A stretch of 64,000 bases of DNA, from assembly GCA_020349945.1 (NCBI GenBank), contig CP070704.1, forward strand, positions 2,093,681 through 2,157,680, given 5' to 3'. The position numbers were made by a program, and so were the translations under genes. Below, one piece after another: positions 8,831 through 18,467 of the stretch. Under the pieces are notes generated by a model. The model did no database searches, was not told where the DNA came from, and saw nothing but the letters and a program-made list of their open reading frames with translations. Every line of letters begins with the position of its first letter. Positions within the stretch are counted from its first letter, which is position 1. Origin of the DNA: Deltaproteobacteria bacterium (lineage in GTDB: Bacteria > Desulfobacterota > DSM-4660 > Desulfatiglandales > B25-G16).

Positions 8831-10117
8831 ATGCATTACCAAAACAGGGAAAAAGTTCGGCTCCTCGTAGAAAAAGGGGTAGACATACCCAACCCCCTAA
8901 CAATTGACATTGGAGAAGAAGTGGATATAGACAGGATTTCTGGTGACGGTGTGGTTATCTATGCCGGATGTAAAATCTATGGCAAGAAAACCCTCATTAT
9001 GTCCGGATCACGATTGGGCTATGAAGATCCCGTGACCATCGAGGATTGCCAAATAGGAAGGAATGTGGAGCTTAGGGGGGGGTTTTTCCGTAACTCTGTA
9101 TTTCTTCAAGAGGCCAATATGGGTTATGGCGCCCAGGTAAGGGATGCATGTATTTTAGAAGAGGAGGCTAACGGTGCTCATGTAGTCGGGCTCAAGCATA
9201 CTATCCTTTTCCCGTTTGTTACCTTAGGTAGCCTTATCAATTTTTGTGATTGCCTTATGGCAGGTGGCACAAGCCGCAGGAATCACAGCGAGGTGGGGAG
9301 CTCTTATATCCACTTTAACTATACCCCCAACCAGGATAAAGCAACCGCTTCGCTCATCGGTGATGTGCCAAGAGGGGTAATGCTTGATCAGAGCCCCATT
9401 TTCTTAGGAGGCCAGGGCGGACTGGTTGGACCTGCCCGATTGGGCTATGGAACGGTCATAGCCGCTGGGGTCATTTATCGGGGGGATTTTCCTGAAGGCG
9501 GTAAGCTCTTGACTGATGGAGGCGTGAAAAAGGAGGATTCAGTCTTTTATCCAGGGATCTACTGGAATATTGCAAGAAGGACATTAAACAACATAAATTA
9601 TACTGCAAATCTGATAGCCCTGAGGCAGTGGTATCTGGGAGTCCGCTTCCAATTCTTCCAAGAGGATTTCATGAGCCAAAAATTGTACGAGGGGGCTTTA
9701 GAGAAATTGGAGATGGCCATTGATGAGAGAATAAATCGGCTCAAGGCCCTGGCCCACAAGATGCCCCAATCTGTCGAACTCTACCAAAAGATTGTGAAAG
9801 GAAAAGACCCCCAGGAGTTACTGAGGCAAAAAAGGGAACTGTTTGATAAATGGCAAGAAATAGAGGATATTCTTTATTCTTTTCGAGAAAAGACGGATGA
9901 GGCATCCGAGGGGGATGCCTTTTTGGAAGCAGTGGCTCAGGTCAGAGAGGAAAAGGGTAACGATTACGTTACAGTGGTTCAGGGCTTAGATAAGAAATGG
10001 AACGCCAAGGGAACCAAATGGCTACAAGGTATTGTGGATGATCTAAATAAAAGGGTTTTGGAGAAGCTGCCTTCTTTTGAGAATACATGGCAAGGCAAGG
10101 AATGCCATATGGTATGA
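8831..10117 (+). CDS. Left-handed beta-helix acetyltransferase-like protein (GlmU C-terminal-domain-like) with helical C-terminal extension
   Basis: Hexapeptide-repeat region ...HSEVGSSYIHFNYTPNQDKATASLIGDVPRGVMLDQSPIFLGGQGGLVGPARLGYGTVIAAGVIY resembles the GlmU acetyltransferase domain. No nucleotidyltransferase domain is present. Start chosen at ATG 8831; the ORF is open from 8705, with another ATG at 8720. Confidence 0.75.
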   Translation: MHYQNREKVRLLVEKGVDIPNPLTIDIGEEVDIDRISGDGVVIYAGCKIYGKKTLIMSGSRLGYEDPVTIEDCQIGRNVELRGGFFRNSVFLQEANMGYGAQVRDACILEEEANGAHVVGLKHTILFPFVTLGSLINFCDCLMAGGTSRRNHSEVGSSYIHFNYTPNQDKATASLIGDVPRGVMLDQSPIFLGGQGGLVGPARLGYGTVIAAGVIYRGDFPEGGKLLTDGGVKKEDSVFYPGIYWNIARRTLNNINYTANLIALRQWYLGVRFQFFQEDFMSQKLYEGALEKLEMAIDERINRLKALAHKMPQSVELYQKIVKGKDPQELLRQKRELFDKWQEIEDILYSFREKTDEASEGDAFLEAVAQVREEKGNDYVTVVQGLDKKWNAKGTKWLQGIVDDLNKRVLEKLPSFENTWQGKECHMV

Positions 10118-10155
10118 TACCTTGAGAAAAATCACATCTGAAAGGAGTGAACGGT

Positions 10156-11505
10156 ATGGGAAAGTTGTTTGGTACAGATGGGGTCAGAGGTGTGGCCAAT
10201 GAATACCCCATGTCTGCAGAGATGGCCTTAAACATTGGCAGGGCAACCGCGTGTCTGTTTAAGCGGAAGGGCCATATCCCCAGGATCATTATCGGAAAAG
10301 ACACCCGTATCTCCGGATACATGCTTGAAAATGCCCTGGTTTCAGGGATCTGCTCAATGGGAGTCAATGCCCTTCTGGTAGGACCCTTGCCGACACCAGG
10401 GATTGCCTTTGCAACCAATAGCATGAGGGCCGATGCCGGTATTGTGATATCTGCCTCTCACAATCCCTTTCAGGACAATGGCATCAAGATCTTCTCCAGC
10501 GAGGGCTTCAAGCTCCCGGATGAAAAGGAGCTCGAAATAGAACAACTGATATTCTCCAACAACATGCATACCTTGCATCCATCCCCCAGTGAACTGGGGA
10601 AGGCATATCGGATAGAGGATACCCGAGGTCGCTACATCGTGTTTGTAAAGAATACCTTTCCCAAGGAATACACCCTGGAAGGCACCACGGTTGTCCTGGA
10701 CTGTGCCCATGGGGCTACCTATCGGGTTGCACCTGAAACCTTCTTTGAGCTCGGGGCTGATGTCACCTCTCTGTTTGATGAGCCGAATGGAGAGAATATC
10801 AATGCAAGCTGTGGATCTCAGCACCCGGAGACCCTGGCAGAAGAGGTAGTCAAAAGGAAGGCAGATGTTGGATTTGCCTTTGATGGAGATGGTGATCGTT
10901 GTATCGCTGTTGATGAGAAGGGAGCGCTCCTCACCGGTGATCAACTTATGGCCATCTGCGCCAGGGAGATGAAAGAAGAGGGCAAACTCAACAATAACCT
11001 GCTCGTCTGTACGGTTATGAGTAACATCGGGCTTGGTATTGCGCTAAAAGAGCTCGGCATCGAACACATAACAACCAAGGTCGGTGATCGGTATGTCTTG
11101 GAGGAGATGCAGGCAAAGGGGGCCTCGATTGGTGGCGAGGATTCAGGGCATCTGATCTTCCTAGAGCATCACACCACAGGTGATGGGATTATTACCGCCT
11201 TGCAGGTCCTGGCTGCCATGAAAAAGAGGCAAAGGCCCCTATCCGAGCTGGCACAAGTTATGACAGTCTTTCCCCAAAAGCTCATAAACGTGGAGGTAAA
11301 GACAAAGCCTGAGCTATCCACTGTTCCCGAGATCCGTGAGGTTATCAGAGATGTAGAAGAACAACTCGGAGATAAGGGGAGAGTCTTGGTTCGGTACTCA
11401 GGGACGCAGCCCATGTGCCGCGTCATGGTAGAGGGACCCACGCGCAAAGATACCGAGCGCTACTGCAGACAGATTGCCAATGTACTCCGGGAAAAACTCA
11501 GTTGA
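10156..11505 (+). CDS. glmM: Phosphoglucosamine mutase
   Basis: MGKLFGTDGVRGVANE N-terminus, SASHNP active-site serine loop and FDGDGDR metal loop. AGGAG lies 8 nt upstream of ATG 10156. Confidence 0.95.
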   Translation: MGKLFGTDGVRGVANEYPMSAEMALNIGRATACLFKRKGHIPRIIIGKDTRISGYMLENALVSGICSMGVNALLVGPLPTPGIAFATNSMRADAGIVISASHNPFQDNGIKIFSSEGFKLPDEKELEIEQLIFSNNMHTLHPSPSELGKAYRIEDTRGRYIVFVKNTFPKEYTLEGTTVVLDCAHGATYRVAPETFFELGADVTSLFDEPNGENINASCGSQHPETLAEEVVKRKADVGFAFDGDGDRCIAVDEKGALLTGDQLMAICAREMKEEGKLNNNLLVCTVMSNIGLGIALKELGIEHITTKVGDRYVLEEMQAKGASIGGEDSGHLIFLEHHTTGDGIITALQVLAAMKKRQRPLSELAQVMTVFPQKLINVEVKTKPELSTVPEIREVIRDVEEQLGDKGRVLVRYSGTQPMCRVMVEGPTRKDTERYCRQIANVLREKLS

Positions 11506-11531
11506 GAGAACCGCATTGAGGAGGGACCGCC

Positions 11532-12494
11532 ATGCCGTTTAAGGTACTTGTGACCAGAGATTTTGATCATATGAGCGAGGTTGCTGCCAGCATCGTGGTT
11601 CAGGACATAAAAAATACCCTTAATAAGAGGGATAACTACATCCTCGGTCTGGCCACCGGCAAAACGCCTACTGGCCTGTATAAACATCTTGCCAAGGCAG
11701 CTAATGCAGGGGAATTTGACTGCTCTCAAATCCGGAGCTTTAATCTCGATGAATACATCGGGCTGCCCGGAGAAAATGCCCAGCAGCGTGCCCTCCATCC
11801 CGAAAGCTACAGCTTCTTTATGGTGCAGGAGCTCTTTGGACTCCTTGAAAAAAAATTCAACGAAGTGACGGTGCCCTGGGGCACGCTCGTTGACCAGGAC
11901 AGGCTTTTGGCTGAGCTGAAGGCCAACCCCGGTGATTGGGATGAGCAGGGTGCAGATAAAGGAAGGGCTATTGTAATCAAAGCCAGTGCCCAATCCGAAT
12001 ATCTCAGGTGGATTCGGAGAGGGATATTGGATGCCTACCGGGAAAAAATTGAGCGAACTGGGGGAATTGATCTCCAGGTTGTGGGGGTTGGTGGACGTGG
12101 TCATGTAGCCTTCCACGAGTCGGGTATCCCTTTTGAGGGAAACAAGATGCTTCTGGTTAAACTCGATGACAATACCGTGGCAAATGCGGTAAAAGACGGA
12201 CACTTTCCAAGCAAACGGCAGAGCCCGTGGTATGCTGTCTCGATGGGGGCTCAGCTTGTCTATAGCGCGAAAACCGTGCTTCTCTTGGCCAGTGGAGACC
12301 GCAAGGTAGACCCCATAGTGGAATCCCTTTTACATGATCCCACACCGTTAGTGCCCATATCCTATGGGCAAATATTTTCTAGGCGGGGCGGCAATATGAT
12401 TTATGTGATCGATAGGGCCGCTGCCGAAAAGGTTTTGGAAAACGCCGACAGGATAAACCAACGTGGTATTGGTATTGAGAATATGAGTAACTAG
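11532..12494 (+). CDS. Glucosamine-6-phosphate deaminase/isomerase family protein (NagB-like, with insertion)
   Basis: LGLATGKTPTGLYKHL and FNLDEYIGLP match the NagB/6-phosphogluconolactonase family. At 320 aa it is longer than typical NagB. Confidence 0.85.
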   Translation: MPFKVLVTRDFDHMSEVAASIVVQDIKNTLNKRDNYILGLATGKTPTGLYKHLAKAANAGEFDCSQIRSFNLDEYIGLPGENAQQRALHPESYSFFMVQELFGLLEKKFNEVTVPWGTLVDQDRLLAELKANPGDWDEQGADKGRAIVIKASAQSEYLRWIRRGILDAYREKIERTGGIDLQVVGVGGRGHVAFHESGIPFEGNKMLLVKLDDNTVANAVKDGHFPSKRQSPWYAVSMGAQLVYSAKTVLLLASGDRKVDPIVESLLHDPTPLVPISYGQIFSRRGGNMIYVIDRAAAEKVLENADRINQRGIGIENMSN

Positions 12495-12635
12495 GCAGCC
12501 TTTAGACTATTGCTTTTTGTCACAACCCGACATACTCGATAGCCAATCTCTCCCACCTTTATGCGGTGCCCCAGGGGCAGCTTGCTGATGCAATCACGGC
12601 AAAATAGAATGAGATCAAAGAGGTCGTATAGATAA

Positions 12636-15600
12636 ATGTCTTTGTCAGAAAGATTAAGGATCTTTTTTAAAAGATGGTTGCGGCGCCCCAGAATCTATCT
12701 TGGCAAGAGCCTCAAGAGTGTACCGCCTGGTTCCCTTATTCTCTTTCCGGTTCAAGGCGCTCAGCTTAACTGTGGCTTGACGGGTATTGTGACCTTTAAA
12801 AAGAAAGAGCCTGTCACACCCAAAATCCCCATACGCCAGATAGAATCAATGATTTCTCACCTCAATGGATATACCTATAAAAAGATAAGAGGGGTACATA
12901 GAAACTTCATTGATAAGTATCTCGGCGGTGACGCCTTTATCACAGAGTTACAAGATATTGTCCAGGATCTTAAGATTACTTCATCTCTTTACAAGATCCT
13001 TAAGGATACCTCTACCCGGAAAAGGCTTGAGGACGCCTCCTTTACCTTAGAAAGGATAATTAGCGAGCAAGAAAATGAATACCATCAAAGGTTGTCCCTC
13101 CTCTCCCTTGAGGAAAAGGAGGTCATCATAAAGAGAATAAGCTTGTTAAAGGATGTGAGCTGGTCCTTACAACAAGAGACATTAGTGAACGTAGAAAAGA
13201 TAGAGCAGTTATCCAGCTCTGCCCGTAAAGATATTCCTCTATTGGCCTTTAACCAAATCAAAAATATCAATACCACCCTTAATAACCTGGATCGATTGGA
13301 GGTAAGAGGGAGAGACTCAGCGGGTATTTCCATTATTATTATCGTGGAGAAAAAGGACTATCTTCAGTTTGAGAGAGTGCTAAAAGGAAGGCTGTTGCTA
13401 CAGGAGTTTTCTGCCCGTCAGAGGGAAGAGATCCTTGTAAACAGGGGTATCACCGTTCGCAGGGATGAGAACACTGTTTCCATCATCTTTGCCTACAAGA
13501 TTGCCGCCCAGATTGGACATCTGGGTGACAATGTAAAATTCTTAAGGGAACAGGTACGTGATGATAATATATTTCAATCTTTGATTACCTTTCCCAGTTT
13601 GTATCAGACCGCAATTGCTCACACGCGCTGGGCCTCTGTCGGGGAAATCAGCGAACCAAACTGTCACCCGGTTGATAATGTCATTACCCACAATGATAGA
13701 AATCGTGGATCGTACGACAGTAAGGGAATTATACACGTTTGCCTGAACGGGGATATCGATAACTATCTTAGCTTGAAGGAAGAGTTCGAAAAGGAGACAA
13801 AGAAATCCATCCCCCCCCAGATGACCACTGACACCAAGATCATACCCCTTCACATACAAAGATATTATGATAGTGGCTACCCTCTTGAGGAGTCATTCAG
13901 GTTAGCTGTTAATGATTTTAGGGGCTCTCACGCCATAGCTATGCACACCGACATTGCCCCGGGGAAGATCTTCCTGGCCCAGAGGGGTAGCGGACAGACA
14001 CTGTTTATCGGTTTGGCCAAAGAACATTATATCACTGCCTCGGAAATCTACGGCCTTGTGGAAGAGACCTCTCGATATATAAAGATGGAGGGTGAAAAGA
14101 CTGCTGCTGGACCACAGGGTAAAACCCAGGGGCAAATATTTATCTTAGACCAGAACTCGAGTGGTGGACTTGCCGGGGTCCAGGCAATGTATTATGACGG
14201 AAGGACCATCCACCTTTCTGAAGACACTATAAAACAGACTGAAATCACATCAAGGGATATTGATCGCCAAGATTTTCCCCACTATTTCCTGAAAGAGGTC
14301 TCTGAATCTCCTGGATCAGTGGAAAAAACTCTTCAAAACAGGTGGAGGGTAGTTCAAAAACATGGAAAAAGACATCCAGTGATAATCTTAGATGATACGG
14401 TTATCCCTCATGCCTTAGCAGAGGCCTTCAGCCGAAACAGGATAAGGGGAATCTCGTTTATAGGCCAGGGGACTGCCGGGGTTGCTGCCTATGGTTGCGC
14501 GGAACTACTCAGGTATTACCTTGCCGACAGTGGCATCCGAATCGCTCCTCTCAGGGCCTCAGAGTTTAGCGGGGGCCTTTTAAGAACTGACCTTAAAGAT
14601 ACCTTGATTATCGCCATAACCCAGTCCGGCACTACCACAGATACAAACACTGCTATAGATATGGCACGACAACATGGTGCCTATACCCTGGCCATTGTGA
14701 ACAGGCGGGATTCAGATATCACCTTTAAGGTAGATGGTGTCTTATACACCAGCACTGGAAGGGACATTGAGATGTCTGTGGCCTCCACCAAGGCCTATTA
14801 TTCCCAGATTGCAGCCGGCGGCATCCTCGGCCTTAAATTGGCACAATTAACAGAAACAAGGAACGATGATTTTATCCTTGGCGAGCTCGAAAGGCTTATG
14901 CGAATCCCCTCCATAATGAAAAAGGTTCTGGCAAAGCAAGGGGAGATCGCCAGATCCGCTTATAGATTTGCACCTACAAAAAAATACTGGGCGGTCGTTG
15001 GTAGTGGCTACAACAAGATATCCGCAGACGAGATCAGAATAAAATTGAGTGAGCTCTGCTATAAGACCATTTCTTCAGATGTAGTTGAGGATAAAAAGCA
15101 TATTGACCTGTCTTCGGAACCCCTCATCCTTATTTGCGCAGCCGGAAACAGGAGTAATGTTATAAATGATATCATCAAGGATACAGCTATATTTAAGGCC
15201 CATCAGGCCACTACCATCGTGATCGCCACTGAGGGTGAGGAAAGGTTTAAACCCTATGCTGACTCATTACTTTATGTACCGGAGATAGAGGAGCGTTTCT
15301 CCCCTATTTTAACAACACTGGCAGGTCATCTCTGGGGTTATCATGCGGCCAAGGCGATAGATAAGGAATCTCGCCTTCTTTTCGATTTCAGGGAGGAGAT
15401 TGGTAAATATATCTCGGCATCTTTTCAAAACGGCCTGGATATATACCAGACAATACTTGATAAGACCTTTCAAGAGAAAACCGCCAGATTTTCCGTAGAT
15501 TTCAAAAAAAACCTGGAGGACAGACGATATACCACAGCAATGGAAGTCAAAACAGCATCTGATCTGACCCTTCTCCTAAAATATCTCTCCGGGCGGCTTT

Positions 15601-16355
15601 CCATGTCCGACTTCGAGCTTGACTTTGGACTCAGCGGCACTGCCCCCAATATGTTTGATGTCTTTTTTCGCTGTATAGGAGAGGCCATAAATGACTTGGC
15701 CAGGCCGATAGATGCAATAAGGCACCAGGCAAAAACCGTTACGGTGGGAACAAGCAGGATATGGGAGCCGATCGAGGGATTACTGTTTGAGACCCTAACG
15801 AAAAACGGATTTGATGTAAGCAATCTTACCAATAAGAATGTTATTGTGTTGAAAAACCTTCAGGAGGTTATCTCTGAGGTAAGAGGTGAGACCCTTTATA
15901 GAATCAGCGCCCTCACGTATACCGGAGAGCCAGTTGAAGATTCGAAGATAGGGCTGGTGAGGAAACAAGGAAGTTCTTCCAAACTTATCTCGCGAGCCGA
16001 GACCGATAACAGGCTCAAGGGAACCAAGAAGATCATTGTAAAGGCCGGAAATGTCTTTATTGGAAAAGGAAAGATCGATAATAGAAGCATCCTTGTCATT
16101 CCCATAATGAAAAAAGGTCCGCACATCGATCACCTCTTGCTTCTCAATGTTGGTTTTAGGAGAGAAATAGATCTGTTAAAAAAGGCGAGGGCCCTGGGCG
16201 ACAAGTTTACCCACATCAAGAATATTGTTGAAGAGACGGATTTATCCTGGCAAGATGAGTATCTCAACCTGCTTGGTGTTGAGGAGCTTTTTGGCAATTC
16301 CGCAGAAAAGATAGCTGAATGTATCATATCTTCCTGTTTCACCAGCACATTGTAA
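12636..16355 (+). CDS. Glutamine-fructose-6-phosphate aminotransferase paralogue, double length (1239 aa)
   Basis: GlmS-like motifs occur in order: CGLTGIV, LEVRGRDSAGISI, AHTRWASVGEISEPNCHP, VCLNGDIDNY, two SIS-domain motifs (ITQSGTTTDT, VASTKAYYSQ) and RHQAKTVTVG. The Cys is at residue 46, a ~170-aa insertion follows it, and there is a ~210-aa C-terminal extension. Confidence 0.85.
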   Translation: MSLSERLRIFFKRWLRRPRIYLGKSLKSVPPGSLILFPVQGAQLNCGLTGIVTFKKKEPVTPKIPIRQIESMISHLNGYTYKKIRGVHRNFIDKYLGGDAFITELQDIVQDLKITSSLYKILKDTSTRKRLEDASFTLERIISEQENEYHQRLSLLSLEEKEVIIKRISLLKDVSWSLQQETLVNVEKIEQLSSSARKDIPLLAFNQIKNINTTLNNLDRLEVRGRDSAGISIIIIVEKKDYLQFERVLKGRLLLQEFSARQREEILVNRGITVRRDENTVSIIFAYKIAAQIGHLGDNVKFLREQVRDDNIFQSLITFPSLYQTAIAHTRWASVGEISEPNCHPVDNVITHNDRNRGSYDSKGIIHVCLNGDIDNYLSLKEEFEKETKKSIPPQMTTDTKIIPLHIQRYYDSGYPLEESFRLAVNDFRGSHAIAMHTDIAPGKIFLAQRGSGQTLFIGLAKEHYITASEIYGLVEETSRYIKMEGEKTAAGPQGKTQGQIFILDQNSSGGLAGVQAMYYDGRTIHLSEDTIKQTEITSRDIDRQDFPHYFLKEVSESPGSVEKTLQNRWRVVQKHGKRHPVIILDDTVIPHALAEAFSRNRIRGISFIGQGTAGVAAYGCAELLRYYLADSGIRIAPLRASEFSGGLLRTDLKDTLIIAITQSGTTTDTNTAIDMARQHGAYTLAIVNRRDSDITFKVDGVLYTSTGRDIEMSVASTKAYYSQIAAGGILGLKLAQLTETRNDDFILGELERLMRIPSIMKKVLAKQGEIARSAYRFAPTKKYWAVVGSGYNKISADEIRIKLSELCYKTISSDVVEDKKHIDLSSEPLILICAAGNRSNVINDIIKDTAIFKAHQATTIVIATEGEERFKPYADSLLYVPEIEERFSPILTTLAGHLWGYHAAKAIDKESRLLFDFREEIGKYISASFQNGLDIYQTILDKTFQEKTARFSVDFKKNLEDRRYTTAMEVKTASDLTLLLKYLSGRLSMSDFELDFGLSGTAPNMFDVFFRCIGEAINDLARPIDAIRHQAKTVTVGTSRIWEPIEGLLFETLTKNGFDVSNLTNKNVIVLKNLQEVISEVRGETLYRISALTYTGEPVEDSKIGLVRKQGSSSKLISRAETDNRLKGTKKIIVKAGNVFIGKGKIDNRSILVIPIMKKGPHIDHLLLLNVGFRREIDLLKKARALGDKFTHIKNIVEETDLSWQDEYLNLLGVEELFGNSAEKIAECIISSCFTSTL

Positions 16356-16446
16356 GGCAATTGTCGCTACTGCCTTTTTCCCAAGAGAAAATCACGGTAG
16401 GTTAGGGATAAAAAATGGGAAATTATTCAACGGAGAGAAACTGTTT

Positions 16447-18177
16447 ATGTCTTCCAATATAGAGGCTATCCACCAATTTATCCTCTCCCAAATCACAGGG
16501 GTTGAAACCCATTCCCTGGACTTTCTATTCTCATCGAAAAGGCCACCTTACCTGGACAGTGCATCACTATATAGAAGGTTCGAGAAAGAATGGGAAACCG
16601 TAAAACCGTTGCTACAGGATAAGGACCGCTTACAGGATCTGGTAGACATTATCTTTCCAGAGAGCTCCTATGACCTGAAGCTAGTTCAAAAATTGCATGC
16701 TATTTTCCTCAACTCTTCCCTCACTCACCCTTCTATCTTTTTGGATATGTGTATCGCAAGAATCTTGACGGAAACTTCAGAAGAATACAGTGAGCAGGTC
16801 TCTCCACAGTTAGTCCTAGAATTGCTGAACATTTACAAGCTGAGGACACCGGAATTCTTGACCATAATCGAACCGATCCTGGGGATCATCGCAGACCAGA
16901 ACAAGATCTTTAGTCATGTAATCAAGACTCATGCCTGCGAGGTTCTAATCAACAACTATGAAAGTGAGGTACTCTTTATCTTTATCTCATGTATCGGGGA
17001 CCTAAAAGAGGGGGAAAAACAGATCCTTTTTCAGAGCCTAACCGCCTTTCAAAAGATCTATCGAAAATTCCTTGAGTTACATGTGGGAATCCATGAAAAA
17101 GATCTGATCAGCATGAGGTGGTTTGGTGTCTCCTACGATCAGCTAAGGAAAAGGGGCGAGTGGAGAGACAGCTTTTCCAATCTGGTCAGGCGCTTTATTG
17201 AGCATCTCAAAAAGAGAAATAAGAAGGAGGCAATCCAGATAGGGCGCTTTCTTGTCCTCCGCTTTAACAACGAAGATATCTTGAGGGTTATTCACTATGA
17301 AATCAGCAGAGATCCCGATCTTTCCTTTGAGAGGCCTCTGGCCCGGTTTATCTATCGTCAAATCTATAGGATCATGCAGGAATTTCGTAAAAGCTACATA
17401 TCTCAAAAGGTGGATACACAACTCACCCAGGCAATTTCTGAATCAGAAGCCCAGGCTATTGATGCCATGCGCATGATTACCGTGGGTAGGGTGCCAGCGC
17501 TTGTCGTTTTAAAGGGACTGGGCAAAGGCCCTCGGCCAGCGAAGGCCTATACCATTTCCCCTGAATTCATGGAAAAACTGGATTTATTTAACCTGAAGGC
17601 CCTCTTTGAGCTTTATCCTATTCCTCCGATTTCACAGCAGGCTTTTAATCTCGTTGCCAACATCGCCGATAACCTGGAATTGAACCGCGATGAGTTCTTC
17701 CTTTTTATAGCGTATATGGAAAAGTTGCTGATCTTTTTACAGGAATTAGACGAAATGGGCATCAAGGTGGAGAAGGGCTCTGCCTATGGGCTTATAAAAA
17801 ATCCCTACCAGCTGAGCTCCTTAACCCTAATCAGGGAAGGCGCTTACTTTGCCTCAACCGGGCTGTGGCATCAGAATACAACTCCTCCCAGCATCATCCG
17901 GTGTATCAGCCCCAATGCCATCCCGAACTGCCTGGGAGTCAGGGATCGCCACATCTTTTCGTGCATATCTATGTTGACTGGGGGCTTTAGAGGAAGCCCC
18001 TTTGATTTGGACAGCACCAATAGATACAATTGGGATGAAGAGCCTGAAGCATGTTTATTCCGACCTGGATATTCTCAGATTACCATTCCCCAGTCAGTCC
18101 TAGAGCGGTGGGAAAAGACTCAAAATATTCAAAGGGATATGCTTGTAGAGTTGATCCACAATAAACAATGGAGTTAA
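16447..18177 (+). CDS. Hypothetical protein (576 aa, predicted mostly helical)
   Basis: Long ORF with GGAGAG RBS, 91 nt downstream of the GlmS paralogue. I recognise no motif. Confidence 0.7.
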   Translation: MSSNIEAIHQFILSQITGVETHSLDFLFSSKRPPYLDSASLYRRFEKEWETVKPLLQDKDRLQDLVDIIFPESSYDLKLVQKLHAIFLNSSLTHPSIFLDMCIARILTETSEEYSEQVSPQLVLELLNIYKLRTPEFLTIIEPILGIIADQNKIFSHVIKTHACEVLINNYESEVLFIFISCIGDLKEGEKQILFQSLTAFQKIYRKFLELHVGIHEKDLISMRWFGVSYDQLRKRGEWRDSFSNLVRRFIEHLKKRNKKEAIQIGRFLVLRFNNEDILRVIHYEISRDPDLSFERPLARFIYRQIYRIMQEFRKSYISQKVDTQLTQAISESEAQAIDAMRMITVGRVPALVVLKGLGKGPRPAKAYTISPEFMEKLDLFNLKALFELYPIPPISQQAFNLVANIADNLELNRDEFFLFIAYMEKLLIFLQELDEMGIKVEKGSAYGLIKNPYQLSSLTLIREGAYFASTGLWHQNTTPPSIIRCISPNAIPNCLGVRDRHIFSCISMLTGGFRGSPFDLDSTNRYNWDEEPEACLFRPGYSQITIPQSVLERWEKTQNIQRDMLVELIHNKQWS

Positions 18178-18343
18178 GCAGAGACTAAGGCTGATCTCGG
18201 AATCAGGCCTTGCCAGTAACCTTTGCTCGTGGCTTAATGTGTCATTTTTCGAGTATTGTGCCGGTTAGAAGAAGGGAGAGTGAATCGCCGAAAATCCATG
18301 GGCCTAATCAACCAGATCAAAATGTGCCAGAACACATAAGAGC

Positions 18344-18372
18344 TTGACATAAGTTAAATTCTCTATTATTTA
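18344..18372 (+). promoter_or_regulatory. Sigma-70-type promoter candidate for the gdh leader
   Basis: TTGACA (18344-18349), a 17-nt spacer, then TATTTA (18367-18372). Confidence 0.45.
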
Positions 18373-18393
18373 TGACGTATATTTAAAACAAAA

Positions 18394-18429
18394 GTAATAC
18401 AAGGGCGTATTACAAAAGACAAAGAAGTC
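18394..18429 (+). promoter_or_regulatory. ANTAR-type dual hexaloop hairpin module (gdh leader)
   Basis: GTAATAC-AAGGGC-GTATTAC, then GAC-AAAGAA-GTC. Both hexaloops have A at position 1 and G at position 4. The second 3' arm overlaps the terminator 5' arm. Confidence 0.65.
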
Positions 18430-18467
18430 CACAGCATCTCAGCTGGCCGAGAGCAGTGGGCTTTTTT
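18429..18467 (+). terminator. Intrinsic terminator (attenuator) in gdh leader
   Basis: CCACAGCATCTC-loop-GAGAGCAGTGG is an imperfect stem (4+2+4 bp), followed by CTTTTTTG. It lies 119 nt upstream of the gdh ATG. Confidence 0.6.

Noticed and set aside
12495-12635. glmS ribozyme in the 141-nt gap upstream of the GlmS paralogue.
   Set aside because: The gap is shorter than the ribozyme core, and none of the conserved core sequence I recall is present.
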